A DNA stretch of 64,000 bases from Antedon mediterranea (Eukaryota; Animalia; Echinodermata), in contig NC_092676.1 of assembly GCF_964355755.1 (NCBI RefSeq), positions 17,874,871-17,938,870 on the forward strand. Direction: 5' to 3'. This document shows positions 1-43,745 of the stretch, piece by piece. Position numbers and translations under genes: made by a program. The notes beneath the pieces are model-generated. The model was not told where the DNA came from, did not search any database, and saw only the letters and a list, made by a program, of their open reading frames with translations. How positions within the stretch are numbered: the first letter of the stretch is position 1; every line of letters starts with the position of its first letter.

Positions 1-429
1 ATAAAGTCTTACAAGAATTCCTAATTGCTTACTAGACCTATTAGTTAAAATTAACTTTTTTGGAGAGGTTAACATTTATTTATAATGCTTTTTAATCATG
101 ATAAGTCTTACAAGAATTGCTTCCTAGGCCTATATTAGTTTACCTTAACTATTTTAACACCTACTCAGTCAAATGTGTATTGAACTTCTTTGGGGAGGTT
201 AAAATTTAGTTATAATGTGTGAGTTTTAAAGTTTTTAAGTATCTAGGGACAAACAAGAGGAACTATATGTTTTAACCCAGCCAACCCCTATTCAGAGAAA
301 ATATTTCTATTTATTGTTTTAGGATTTTATTTATAATACACACTGTATTTTTTTTTTTCGTTTGGCTAATAAATGATGGTTTAGTTTAGATTGTTTAGAA
401 ATTATTGATTGATGGATTTTATTTTGTAG

Positions 430-3400
430 GACCTACAACAGGAGGATATGTTTGAGGAGGAAGAATTGGAAGGTTATGAAAAGAAAATGCAGGAACGTGA
501 ATTAAAGCGACAACAGCAACGAGAAGAGTTTGAAGCGCACAAAGATAAAATAAGAGAGGAACAGGAAAACTTAGCAAAAAATAATCAAGTAAATGAACCA
601 GTTGCTATGGACCAGGTAAATAACAATACATCGCTTTGTTTATAAAGATTAACATAGCTAGTATTCTACTCAGTACTCTAGGGTTCATAATTATCATGGA
701 AATTTGTTGCAATCGAAAATTGAGATCAATAATAGGAAAACCCATACAGAGAAATACAAAGTGGTCCTCATAGTAAGCCAGGGGTGTACCTAAAAAAGTG
801 TGAGGATACGAGGGTGTAGACAAGTTAATAATGGATGGGGAAAACCCAGAGGTTTCTTGAGTTGATGCTGTGCTTAAACTAAGCTGGTTGGAAGGTTTAA
901 AATATTAAGGTCTAGGCTTGATAGAAGATGGTGAAGGTCAGTGTTTGCACCCACCTACATCCACTTATGTTGTCAAATTTTGAGAAATTATTTCTGAAAT
1001 GTATATTGACAAGTTGAAAACCTATCGCATTCATACATAAGGATAGATCCAAAACTGATTTAGTGATTAGGGTGGGTGACCATTGATTTACAAAATAGAC
1101 ACAATCTTTGAATATGACACTAGGTAAAACAAGTCAATTGGATACACTAGCCATGTCTATGAATGACTAAGACACAGTATTGTTGGAAAAGACTCATGAA
1201 ATAGTTTTTCCAGCATATACACTTACTATTTTGTATTGATCTATTTTTTATGTAGGCAGCTGCAGAGAAGAAACTAACAGACATTCAACAAGGCAGTGAT
1301 AAACTTCAATTTGACCCAGCTGCTAATCAGGTTGAAAAAAATCAGGTATTATACATTTATTTTTTTAGCTTAGTGCTACTGAGCACTGAACTGTAATGTC
1401 TTGAAAAACAACAACCAAAGATTTGTTTATGACTTTATTTTAATGTAGATCATCTAATTGTGATCGTATTTGTCTTTTTACTTTCACTGTGATATTATTG
1501 CTATAACCTCATAAATGTTTACATAATCAATTAGAATGCTGTTTATAAATTGGAGTTCGTATTATACAGATATTGACTGCTTAGAGGTTAAATATAAGAT
1601 TTGACATCCCCGAGGGAATGATATTAAGTTCGAGGGAATATATATTTCCGCCACGATATAAAAGGCAATATCTGTTATATTATATAGCCAAGAACAAGTC
1701 TGCTTGGTTGGGTGAAGCTAGGTTAGGCCTCCTATAGTATTTGTATTGTATTTAAACAAGCCTGCCTAGACACCTTACCTTGCGAAGAATAATATACAGA
1801 TAATTACTAATTAATGATTCCTTGGCAATAAAATATTCACTTAGGCCTAGGTCGTTTAAATTAACAGAAGAATTTCCATCAATAAGCCTATTAAAAATAA
1901 TAATATTATAATCAGGTAGGCCGAATAAACAATTCGTCTTCTTTTCTCGATCTTCGAGGAGCCGCGAATCACCGGATGTTCAGCGCGTACTAGGTTACTA
2001 CCGTGAGTATTGACCAATCACAAACGGTGTTTCATCACATTTAGGGTGGACTTATAACAAATGAGGGCGCTATGTATGCATAGTTTAAATAGTTTAGATG
2101 ATTAATTTCTTCAAGCAACTTCCGTGGCGCAGCGGTTGAAGCGTTGTCTTGCGATGGAGTGACAATTCCACCCGAGTTCAAGATCGAGTAGATGACTTTT
2201 GTTTATTTATCGGCAACGCGAGTGTTGGCACACGAAAATTACACAGTCAATATCATCGTACTCGAGAATCTATATGTTTAATGACAGGGGACACGATAAT
2301 TACGCGAAAATTACACAGTCAATATCATCGTTCTCGAGGATATATACGATTTACGATCCTTGCAGCGGTAGTCATGTGATGCAGTTTCAACCAATCACGT
2401 TAGCGTATTTACATAGGCTATGTAATATAAGCACATACTACAGAAGCGTATAGTAAACCAACCATTCATGTTGAGTCTGGCCCACACTACCATTTTGGTT
2501 CCCGATTATATCACTCAATTGATCTGTATATTCATTGAAATATTATACAGTAGTATAATCTCTAAAGTATTTTTCGTGCGCATTAAACTTTCACGAATTT
2601 TGTGAATGATTTAAATACACAAACGTTTCATGCCGTAGATCATTTTCAGGAATTGAGTACGCAAAATATAGTACTACTACTATATATCTACTACTAATAA
2701 AGTGATCTTTTCTTTATCGCGTTCTTTTTTCACAAAGGACGTCACATTATTTTGCTAAGTGAGAATATGTGCTCTTGTTTCTTTACTGTATTTACTACTG
2801 CCTCCAGTATCGTCTTTATAACACGAAGATCTTGTATACAATGGTTGACGCAATCTTTACTACAATGGATTACTGTATTAGTGCAGACTACATGCATTGA
2901 ATTGAAACACCATGGTTACGTACATGATTGATTGACACGATGTTGTTACATTATTTACTTGTAATTTATTTTTAAAAATTTTTTCCTGTCGCTAAAGTGA
3001 CTGATGAAACCGTTTCGTGAAAGTTTCATATCACAAAATTGTTGGTTTTGCAGTATATTGAAGATTTTACTAATTGTGATATTTCCGCCACTTAGTGATT
3101 CATGTGGAGTCTCGCCCAACAACCATTTTGTTCCTCTGCTAAACCAAGGCTATCAAACAACACAACACAAAGTGTCACTGTTATTTGATAGCATGGCTAA
3201 ACACTAAATTTTGTATGTGTATTCAAAGATTATACAATAATAATAGGTAATATCTCTATGGTATCATTTTAAGTAATTTTACTAATTGAGATCATAAAGC
3301 TAATCATGCTTTTATTGTTGTCTTTGTTAATAGTAAACAATCAAGAACAATCAATAGGTATATGCTTTGTTTATAGTTGTTTATTTTCTTTTATATATAC

Positions 3401-5947
3401 TGTTTGTTTTGTGTACATTTTATCCTGCTTGCACCCTATAGCACTTACATAATAGGCATTTCATCTTAATGGTTTATTTTTCATGTTGAATAAAAACCTA
3501 CCTACGTGTTACAAGGGTTTAATGTTAAAAACATTAACCTCTTAAAATTACATTATTATGATGACATTTCTGAACATAAACCCACAGTTGTTTAAAAAGT
3601 ATGTACAATTATTGGAATTTACCATTTTTGCATGTTGACATCTATGGCTATGTTCAAACTAATAGAGTTATATACTTGACGTACACATATTTGAAACTGA
3701 CATTACAGATTAGCATTAAATATATTTAGATGATCTAGACCAAAAAAGAAGTTATCATACACCTTTTTTTAGATTACTACTTTTTTCACATGTGCATAAA
3801 TTGTAACCAGGTTTGATTTCCTGATTTATTACACATTTTATACACATACATGTTAATACCAGGGCAATGCACGCGCACGCAGTAAGAACTCGGAACATCT
3901 TGGAACAAACCATAACAAACACAGGATCTCTCATCAGTGTGTCACAAAAGATTTTCCACAAAATTGTATTCATATAGGTTACATGGTTACAACTTCTTAC
4001 ATTTTGCAATGTGAAAAGGAACGCAGTGAGTTTGAACATAGCCTAAAATCAGCTTTATTGCGCTCCAGATACGCCACAGTTGATGATGCAATATTACTGT
4101 AACATTTTTTTCTTAAATTTGGTTGCACTCACACTATCTTATATTTATACATCCATTAATATACTCATTTATTTTACAGTTTACTTGAATATTAAAATGA
4201 AGATTCACTGAATATTTCAGTGACATAACCTGTTTATTAATCAAAGACCGTTTTAAAGTTATTTATTTATTTGAGTTGAATAAATGACATATTAATTGAT
4301 TTACCATTTATTTCATCTTATACCTTACTTCATACTTCATTCTATTGTTGCATGGATGCGAGTGGGAAATTGTTGTTATGTGTGTGATTTGTTTTAATCG
4401 TTTAGTATTTTGAAATATTTCCTTACAATTTCCTTATATTTGAAATGACCTGTTCATAAAAACATCCTGCAACTGTGACTGTAAAATAAATAACGGGTAG
4501 TTAAGACTATCAGTATACATTGCTTGGGGGGCAGAACATAAACAATCTATTTGCTCCTTTTGAAAATTAGAAACTTTTACTACACAATCATTGTTAGGTC
4601 CTTATTGGTGGAATTTGGTGGCAAAATATAACATTGAATATCGAAATGATACTAATTTAAATCTGATCTTAAAATCGTAATTTGTTTAAAAAATATTATT
4701 CCATTGTCATTCTCGATATTATAGTTAATCTAAATATTTACATTTCAACTACAGTATTAATGTTTGTTTTTCTGTACAAAATACTATCAATTATTATTAA
4801 TGTGAAAAAAGAACATATTTCAAGATGTTTGCAATGTATTGCCACGACACTGTCTGAATGTGTGTCTAAATAATAATTAAACATATTCAATGCTTTAAAA
4901 TTAGGTTTCATCAAAACAAACCGTTTATACTAAACAGATATTTTGTAGTTTTAGCATTAATATATTTCTTGCAGTGTTTTTTAATAAGCTAATTAGATAT
5001 AACTAAGTATTACAATAGTAGTTTATTTATAGTTAAAAATACTTGGTTTTACGCATGTTGTGTATAAAATATTTCTGTTTAAAAATGCATGAATTATACT
5101 ATAAAATGTATGAATATGTAAGTGATTATTCCGCATACCATAACAAATGGAACTCCTTTGTATACACATTTAAACTTGGAATATCAAATCAAACTGATAC
5201 AAGCAATACAGCAACCATTCATTAGTTATTTGCGTATTTTTAATTATTGGGACCACGATATTTTACAAAAACAATCTAGCATACTTGGTTTGGTAGACAA
5301 GTACCGTAATAGAAAATATAGATGGTACTGTATGATAATGGGTCTATAAATTAAAATGTATAGATCCATGGTATGATACTGAATGTTGGTTAACAAATAA
5401 TTTTAACTGTTTTTAATTTTTGTTTATATTAAAGGCTCAACCGATAGTTAACCACGAAGCTGTCAAATTACACCAACAAGCTAAAGTAAATGAGGGGCAA
5501 CCAATTCAGAACGATGATAATTCAATACAAAACAATCAAATCCCACAAGTGATAGAAAAACAACCACCACCACAGGCAGGACAACCACAAGCAGGGGAAC
5601 CACAGGCAGGGCAACCACCAGCTGGACAACCACAGGCAGGACAACCACAGGCAGGACAACAACAAGCTGGACAACCACAGGCAGGACAACAACCACAGGC
5701 AGGACAACAACCACAGGCAGGGCAACCACAGGCAGGGCAACCACAAGCAGGACAACCACAAGCTGGACAACCACAGGCAGGGCAACCACAAGCAGGACAA
5801 CCACAGGCTGGACAACCACAGGCAGGACAACCACAGGCAGGGCAACCACAGGCAGGACAACCACCAGCTGGACAACCACCAGCTGGACAACCACAGGCAG
5901 GACAACCACAGGCAGGACAACCACAGGCAGGACAACCAGTCCCGTAA
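430..5947 (+). CDS. NUCB2: Nucleobindin-like (NUCB1/NUCB2 family) protein, 3' partial; exons 430-615, 1256-1345, 5435-5947 (stop)
   Basis: AG/GT-bounded phase-0 exons. [24 protein letters not shown] resembles the post-EF-hand segment of vertebrate NUCB2 (TLDQQQFFTEEELKEYE), followed by a coiled coil and KLQFDP (cf. ELKFEP). The gene neighbours a class II PI3K, as NUCB2 does in human. The 5' part lies outside the window. Confidence 0.7.
1560..2430. mobile_element. Interspersed repeat family A, copy 1, with internal tRNA-like A/B boxes
   Basis: Colinear with 34420-34900 (gcttagag..aaatataagatttgacatcccc..gggaatgatatt; atgagggc..tatgtatgcatagtttaaatagtttag; gacagggacacgataat). Internal GTGGCGCAGCGG at 2124 and GAGTTCAAGATC at 2174. 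Confidence 0.7.
5566..5939 (+). repeat. Coding 15-bp minisatellite, about 24 units encoding QPQAG
   Basis: Tandem (caaccacaggcagga)-like units in the terminal exon, with two 18-bp QQPQAG variants; the frame is preserved throughout. Confidence 0.95.
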
Positions 5948-7529
5948 ATAAAATTACTAACATAACATTTTGTTTGTTTTAGGGCATTCTCAAAGTTTAT
6001 TTTTAATACAATTACACCGGAAATACATTGAATTAACTTTTGTATAAAATTTTTAAAAGTAGAAAATAATGATTTAATTTATGAATGAATAATTTATCCT
6101 TTTGCTGTCTGTCACTTTCATATTAAAACTTGTTAGTTTATTTAAATAACAAAAGCTATGAGAGTCAAATATTGCTAAACTTCCTTTATTTAGTATTTCT
6201 TAGTTCATAATTTATCAATCTTTTAATATGTTCTATGCTTCTGGAATTCATTTCATGATTTAGTTTTTTAGGCCTTGAATGGTCAGTTATTTTATTCTCA
6301 AAAACGTCTACTATTAACAAGTACAGGACAGTGATAAAGATAAATATATTCGTGGATTTCTTTCTGTATGTAGGGATCTGAATGGATCTTTGTTTAGTAT
6401 ATTAGTTACTTGTTGTTTGCTCTAATTTGTGAGTGTAAAATCTTTTGAAGCACTTTTCATTTCTTAGAAAGCATTAAATACTTTAGGACACTTGTTAACA
6501 GATTATTCTGGAAATAAATGTACACGTTAATTTCATTCTAGGAAAAAATGTGTTTAAATTGTTAATGTATTGTGTAGTATCGCTCGTACAGTACTTCTGT
6601 AGACATGATTTTTTACACTGGGGTTCATTTTTCAATATAAAGGGAAAACATGAACTTGGGTAGTTAGGCCTATTAATCACTTTCGATAAGGGTCTCTTGT
6701 TTGATGAGGGCACTTGAGGAAAAGGGGGTTTTGTTAACTGTGTCAGTCCAAAGGGGTCTGGTTAAGTTAACTTTACGCTACAGTACTTGAAAATGAATAA
6801 CAATTTAAAAGCAAGAAAATGCTCATTTTTATTTTAGAAAATGTCAGAAAACTTATTAACAATACAGGCATTACCTGTTTATTCATTATATTTTTATTTA
6901 ATTCCTGGGAAATTTCTAATTACATGTAAAAACATAAGACAAAATTAGCCAGGTCAGAGGGGATTCCTCATACATATTCTTTGCCAACAATTTTATTATC
7001 AACTATTGTACATAAGTAACATTTTAAATATCCTAGCTCAACTTGAACTGGTTATGTGCGGAAGATCAGATTTAATATTAACATTTCAAAACTGTATCAC
7101 CTTTACCTTTATGCCTTGTAATACACTACTACATTTATATATAGATGCCAAGCATTGTAATCATGTATAACATTAACATTTGTGCTATATTACACAAAAA
7201 ATGCACCTAAAAAAATTGTGTTCACTTTCAGTATTTGCAATTATGAGCCATTAGTTGGGAAACTAATAAACAAAATGCAAAATGTTTGTCCATTATAGCT
7301 TACTGTATTATGGGCCTCTCTTTTTTTTAAGTTAAAGAAAACTTTTTTTCTTTTATATACACAGTAATACAATAGTATGAACCTCTGTCTGTGAACAAGA
7401 CCACTTCAGTATTATAGTACTGTTACTAACAGATAACTGTACACTTCAAAGATCTCGTCATGTAACTAATAATCTTTGAATTTTATTGGGTGGATCAAAA
7501 CTGTAATTAATGCACCATTTAGCAATCCA

Positions 7530-8397
7530 CTATTGCACATGATGGCTATCATAGTAACGTTTCTTTAACGTCCTGTATTTTCTTAGCATATACAAAGCTT
7601 CTAATTCTTTACACACATACTCCCCTCTGGCTATAAGTTCTTCGATTTTCTCAACATCATTGACATCTTTGTTCTTCATGAAAGCAGAATGGCAGCGGGT
7701 TCTGAAATATTCTTCCCCCTTTGGATAATCTTTACCTAGATGAATCAACTGTGGAAACAAAGTTAAACATTTATATTTTGTTAGCTCATAGACAAATCTT
7801 GGTTAGAATAGTTATCTTGGTGGGTAAGAAAAATCCCAACACACAAAAATCAACAAGTCTGTTTTCCAGTCAATGTTGAGTTGTGTTGAATTGACCGGAT
7901 TCAACAGGAAAACGGGGTAAAAATCAACATTTAAAATCGTTGCAAATCTGCAATCATTGAAGTTGAACCAAGTTCAAAAACATTTTTATTCTTTCATGTA
8001 AGATATCTGGGAAAACATGTCCTAGGCTGGGTTGAAGCATAAAAACCTGTAAAAAAATGTTCCCGCCTTTGTTTAACAAGTCCCTGGTTTTGCAAACACT
8101 TACGTCTGGGTGTCCCACCAACATACTCGAAAATAAAATAAAGAAAACCATGAACAATCGCATAAAAATGTTTCCGGCTTGATCATTATTATTCAACGCA
8201 ACTCACTGTAACGTTCTGTTGATTGGAAAACAGGCTTTAAGCTAAGGCCAAGAAAAATATAACCATCTCTGAGAACTTTTATCTTCAATCATTTGATTGG
8301 CATAGGTTCATAAAGTGCTTTGGTATTTTAATACTCTTTCACTTACATTTCTATACAACTGTTTAACAGCATATCTTAGTTGAGTAGTGCTTGCCAT
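7530..8397 (-). CDS. ETFRF1: Electron transfer flavoprotein regulatory factor 1 (LYR motif protein 5), 89 aa; exons 8397-8347 and 7748-7530
   Basis: Spliced translation [17 protein letters not shown]|[29 protein letters not shown]...[19 protein letters not shown]. It has the LYR motif and closely matches human LYRM5 (LYKNLLYLGRDYPKGADYF...ELEALYFLRKYRAMKQRYY). The intron is GTAAGT...CAG, phase 0. Confidence 0.95.
7855..8237. mobile_element. MITE (PIF/Harbinger-like) in the ETFRF1 intron
   Basis: Terminal inverted repeats aagtctgttttccagtcaa / ttgattggaaaacaggctt (2 mismatches); non-coding interior. Confidence 0.65.
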
Positions 8398-8715
8398 GTT
8401 CTATTAATGCACTCTAATTACAATATTTATTAATTATTATGCTACTGTGTGCCTTTCTTGTGTTCATATATTGTCCATTCAGTGTTACTATCCTACAAGT
8501 TGTGTACACATCTGCTGAAAAAAACAAAAAAACTCTACAGTTAGACACAGTATGTGAAATTTAGGAAAGCAGGGATTATCTACAAAGTCAACTACATTAG
8601 ATAGAACAGATTTAACCTTTCTTGTTCCAACATTAACAAAACATCAATTTATAAGCAAAGTTAAAAAATTGACAAAGGTTTTGACATGGTCGACTGGGAG
8701 TGTTTATTGGCATGG

Positions 8716-9714
8716 TTAAAGAACAACTTGACCGAGGACCATATTTTTTTAATGTATTAGGGATGTACATATGATTTCAGAAAAATCGCGAGATTAAGGA
8801 TATCGCCGCACGCGCTGGTCGTACAGCCGTCGCCGTAAATTGCTGTGACGTCACAGGTGCATCGCAAAATCTATTTAATGAGTCCAGATATAAGCAAAAG
8901 AAACAATAAAAAAAATCAACATTTTTATTTTTTACGATTTATTTACAAAGTGTGTTTACTAGAAATGTTTGCAATTGTATTTGTTCAATATATATACTTC
9001 TATACTACTATAATATGTTATACCGTAAATACAAATTGTAAGTAGTAGTTGTACTAAGATGACATCGGGTATGAAGCATCTCACATACACACAGAGCCAA
9101 AATTGCATCTTGGACTTGCACCGTGTATGGACTCTAACCTTACGGTTTCCATTAAATATACCATTTCATGCTATCATTCTAAATAACTAACTTTCAACCT
9201 ACTGCATTCCTCTTTTTTTCATACCATCCATCTTATCTTGGTGAAAAGGGAGGATACTACATTTTCCTCCCCTGAGTTTATAGCCTCTTTACTCGAACAC
9301 AAACTCGAACACAAATAAGATCACAAATAAGATAGTTTAACAAGACAATTTTAATCATGTATTTTACCGCCATTTTTCATTTCTACATTTTAATTAACAT
9401 CGTATCTAAAATTTTAAATGAGAAAATATATGGTTAATATAATGAATTCTGGCATCTTATTATGTAAATATACCGGTATTTTAACTACTCTAAACACTTA
9501 CTTTTAATTTTCACAAATGTACTTATATGTATATAATATATTCATCAATGAGAATTTAAATAAACGTGAGAAGAACTCACACAAGACAAAAAAAGAAATG
9601 TTTGCAATTTGCCAGACTTTGCCAGAAAACTCATGACGTAAATTTTGCGATGCACCTGTCATATGTACATCCCTAAAATGTTGTTAACATATGGTCCTCG
9701 GTCGATCTATTTAA
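8716..9714. mobile_element. Non-autonomous DNA transposon with long imperfect TIRs, TTAA at both ends
   Basis: gaccgaggaccatat...tagggatgtacatatga (8730-8775) is inverted at 9659-9703; internal acaggtgcatcgcaaaat is inverted near 9642-9659; TTAA at 8716 and 9711. Confidence 0.75.
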
Positions 9715-10149
9715 CGATACTGATAGCCTTAATATTTTACTTGTAATGTAACTTAAAAGTCTTTTAATTGTTCCACAAAATGGGGCAGTTGCCATAAATA
9801 AATGTCAACAAAACATCTTTTTAAACTGCCACACAACTTTATTATTTCACTATATGCGCTGTGGATTGTTGTGGGGTTTTATATTCCCTATTGTGTTGAT
9901 CCCTCCGTACTTCTCCTTGCTAGCTAGGCCTATAATCCGTTCCTTACTGAACTTGTAGCAGAGCCAGGCACACAGACCAATTTAGAACGTGGTGGCAGAT
10001 GCGGACAATGTCAATGACATCATCTCTGGAGTCTCTACTAGGCCTAGGCTGGGTATAATAACAGATGATGATTGGGTAAATATAACCCTTTACACGTCTA
10101 GCTAGGGCCAAATTTCTAAACTTAAATTCCTACAAAATAAGAAATTTAC

Positions 10150-10500
10150 CTAGGCCTAGGCTATATCAATTCTTTACACCAAGATCAACAGCTGTGTTTT
10201 TGTGCGGAAGAAGAAGGTCACCTTTTCTTTTCCTTTTTAAACATCGATAGAGATCACGTAGACACAAAATTCAATTCAACAACATTTTTTGTTTACGTTT
10301 TTTATGACATTACAAAAATAGGAACTTTACGGTCCAGTACGGTAAATTGTGGTTATTATGCACAGTGCACACGCACAGCAAAATCTATTCTGATCGTATG
10401 AGAGTATGAGAGGGGTGTTTTCACATTTTCAGAATTGTATGTTAAAAAAACGTCAAAAAAGTCTTGTTTTTGTTGATGTTGGCGCACAGTAATGTGAGTA
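10150..10500. promoter_or_regulatory. Probable shared bidirectional promoter and non-coding first exons of ETFRF1 (-) and PI3K-C2 (+)
   Basis: Divergent genes. A minus-strand donor (GTAAAT) at 10149 and a plus-strand donor (GTGAGT) at 10494 pair with acceptors upstream of each ATG exon (about 8515 and 11075). Inferred without transcript data. Confidence 0.45.
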
Positions 10501-11165
10501 TTGAATGGTGTTAACGTTTTATTTGTTTTAAACAAGCGTAGGTATATTATTATGTACTATATTATAAACGTGTATAGGCCTATAATTATTAAATTTTCCA
10601 ACATAACTATCCTAGGCTGGCTAGGCCTACCATACCTACACTACAGTGGACTGGGACTACTGCTGTACTGTCGAGCTAGGCCTAAGTGGGCCCATGAGGG
10701 GCTACCCCCATGAGGCATACATAGCTAAGCTAGCCTTTGGTTGTAGTTGTTGACATTATTGTGTAATATTATTAATTATGAAAGGCTGTGCTTATTTAAT
10801 ATTATGATATGATCAATTATAAATTCTTTTAATTTTTAGTTCCACATAAATTTTTTCGGTTGGAACATCTGATTCTGCGACCCAGGGCACAAATGTTTCT
10901 TGTAAAAAAAAAATTTAGAACATTGTAGTGCCAGCTATGGCGATGGCAAGTATGCACTTCTGGTGTGTTATTGATAATTTAATTAGTGACTGTTTGTTTA
11001 AGGTAATTTATTTATCTATTGTTAATGTTTAACAGGACAATGACTAATTTCATTCTACATATTTTATTTTAACAGGTTACAGATGGCTGTTTTTCAGTAT
11101 TTTAAGGAGGAACTAAAATAAGAGGAATATTAGAAATTCATGATCTGAAAATATAAGAAAATAAA

Positions 11166-41731
<30,566 letters not shown>

Positions 41732-41899
41732 GGCAAGCCCAACCTGACTGAATGATTTAGGATTGAGGCCGGCTTTGCTTGTTTTTAATTTGAAACATCT
41801 GACTAGCATATTTTAGACAGGTCATGTTTGTTGCCATATCTAAACAGCAGAGAAATAACAAAATCCTGGAAGCATGAATTTTAACTGAAACATGCTTTT

Positions 41900-43745
41900 A
41901 GATAAGAAACCATTAACCTGATGCATTGTAGATAAGATAACACTAGCCTGGTTATGTGTTGAACATGTGACAACACTAATCTAATACAGTATGTGTTGAA
42001 TATGTGAACACTAGGCTTGTAAAACATCTTTGTAGACTGGAAAACACTAACCTGGTAAGAAGCATTGTTGATGAGGCACTAGCAAATACAGACAGTTTAG
42101 ATGAGACAACACTAGTCTGGTGTGTTGAACATGCAACAACACTAGCTTGTTAACAAGAATTCTGTAAGAGGCAACAATTGCCTGATATTAACAGCCATTG
42201 TACTGTAGATGGGACAACACTAGCCTGCTAATATGTGTTAAACATGCAACAACACTATCCTGGTATATGTTACACATGTGACAACACTAGCCTGATATTA
42301 ACAGGCATTGTATGTTGGATAATATTAGCCTGGTATTGTGAACATTCAAAATCACTAGCCTGGTAATATGTGTTGAAAATGCAACAACACTAAGTGTGTA
42401 ACAAGCATTGTTAATGAGAGCACTAGCCTGGTAATATATGTTAAACATGCAACAACACTAGCCTGGTAATGTGTTTTGAACTTACAGCAACACTAGCCTG
42501 GTAACAAGCATTGTATAAGAGGCAACACTATCAATGTGTTGAACATGCAGCAACACTAGACTAATAACAAGCATTTGTGATGAGACAACACTAGCCCGGC
42601 AACATGTGTTGAACATGCAACAACACTAGCCTGGTAACAAGCATTATTGATGAGGCAACACTATCAATTTGTTGAACATGCAGCAACACTAACCTGATAG
42701 TTACATACATTGTGAATGAGACAACACTAGCCTGATATTACCAGGCATTATAGATGACACAACACTAACCTGGTAATAATGTGTTGAACATGCAGCAACA
42801 CTAACCTGGTAACAAGCATTGCAGATGACAACACTAACCTGGTAATAATGTGTTGAACATGCAGCAACAATAACCTTATAACAAGCATTGTAGATGAGAC
42901 AACACTAGTCTGATATTACCAGGCATTATAGATGACACAACACTAACCTGGTAATAATGTGTTGAACATGCAGCAACACTAACCTGGTAACAAGCATTGT
43001 AGATGAGACAACACTAGTCTGGTAATGTGTGTTGAACATGCAGCAACAACACTAACCTGGTAACAAGCATTGTAGATGAGACAACACTAGTCTGGTAATG
43101 TGTGTTGAACATGCAACAACACTAACCTAGTAACAAGCATTGTAGATGAGACAACACTAGTCTGGTAATGTGTGTTGAACATGCAACAACACTAGCCTTG
43201 GCAATAATGTGTTGAACATGCAACAACACTAACCTGGTAACAAGCATTGTAGATGAGACAACACCAACCTGATATTATTATGCATTATAGATGACACAAA
43301 ACTAATCTGGTAATGTATGTTGAAAATGCAACAACACTAACCTGGTAACAAGCATAGTAGATGAGACAACACTAGCCTCATAATAACAGGCATCGTTGAT
43401 GAAACAACACTAGCCTGGTAATGTGTGTTGAACATGCAACAACACTAGCCTTGGTAATAATGTGTTGAAAATGCAACAACACTAACCTGGTAACAAGCAT
43501 TATAGATGACACAACACTAACCGGGTAATAATGTGTTGAACATGCAACAACACTAAACTGGTAACAAGCATTGTAGATAATGAGACAACACTAGCCTGGT
43601 ATTAACAGGCATCGTAGATGAGACAACACTAACCTGGTATTAACAGGCATCGTAGATGAGACAACACTGGTAATATATGTTGAACATGAACCAACATTAA
43701 CCTGATAACAAGCAGTGTGGATGTGAAGACTACCCTTGTAAACAT
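41900..43745. repeat. About 1.8-kb array of roughly 35-bp A/B subunits immediately 3' of the PI3K stop codon
   Basis: Constant aacacta(g/a)cctg(g/a)ta, followed alternately by acaagcattgtagatgagac or atgtgttgaacatgcaac; degenerate at the edges and homogeneous in the centre. Confidence 0.9.

Noticed and set aside
2998-3028. CTGATGA...GAAA hammerhead-like core
   Set aside because: Stem II has only about 2 bp, and ttcgtgaaag is better explained as an inverted repeat of ctttcacgaa (about 2588) in a decayed MITE.
3334-3357. Possible 24-nt NUCB microexon (VNNQEQSI)
   Set aside because: It is open in phase 1, but the flanking exons are phase 0, where it starts with TAA; unsupported without transcripts.
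5481-5963. Val/Leu-rich and Cys/Trp-rich minus-strand ORFs
   Set aside because: Antisense shadows of the QPQAG repeat.
41900-43745. CRISPR-like repeat-spacer appearance
   Set aside because: The spacers are two recurring types rather than unique sequences, there are no cas genes, and the context is eukaryotic.
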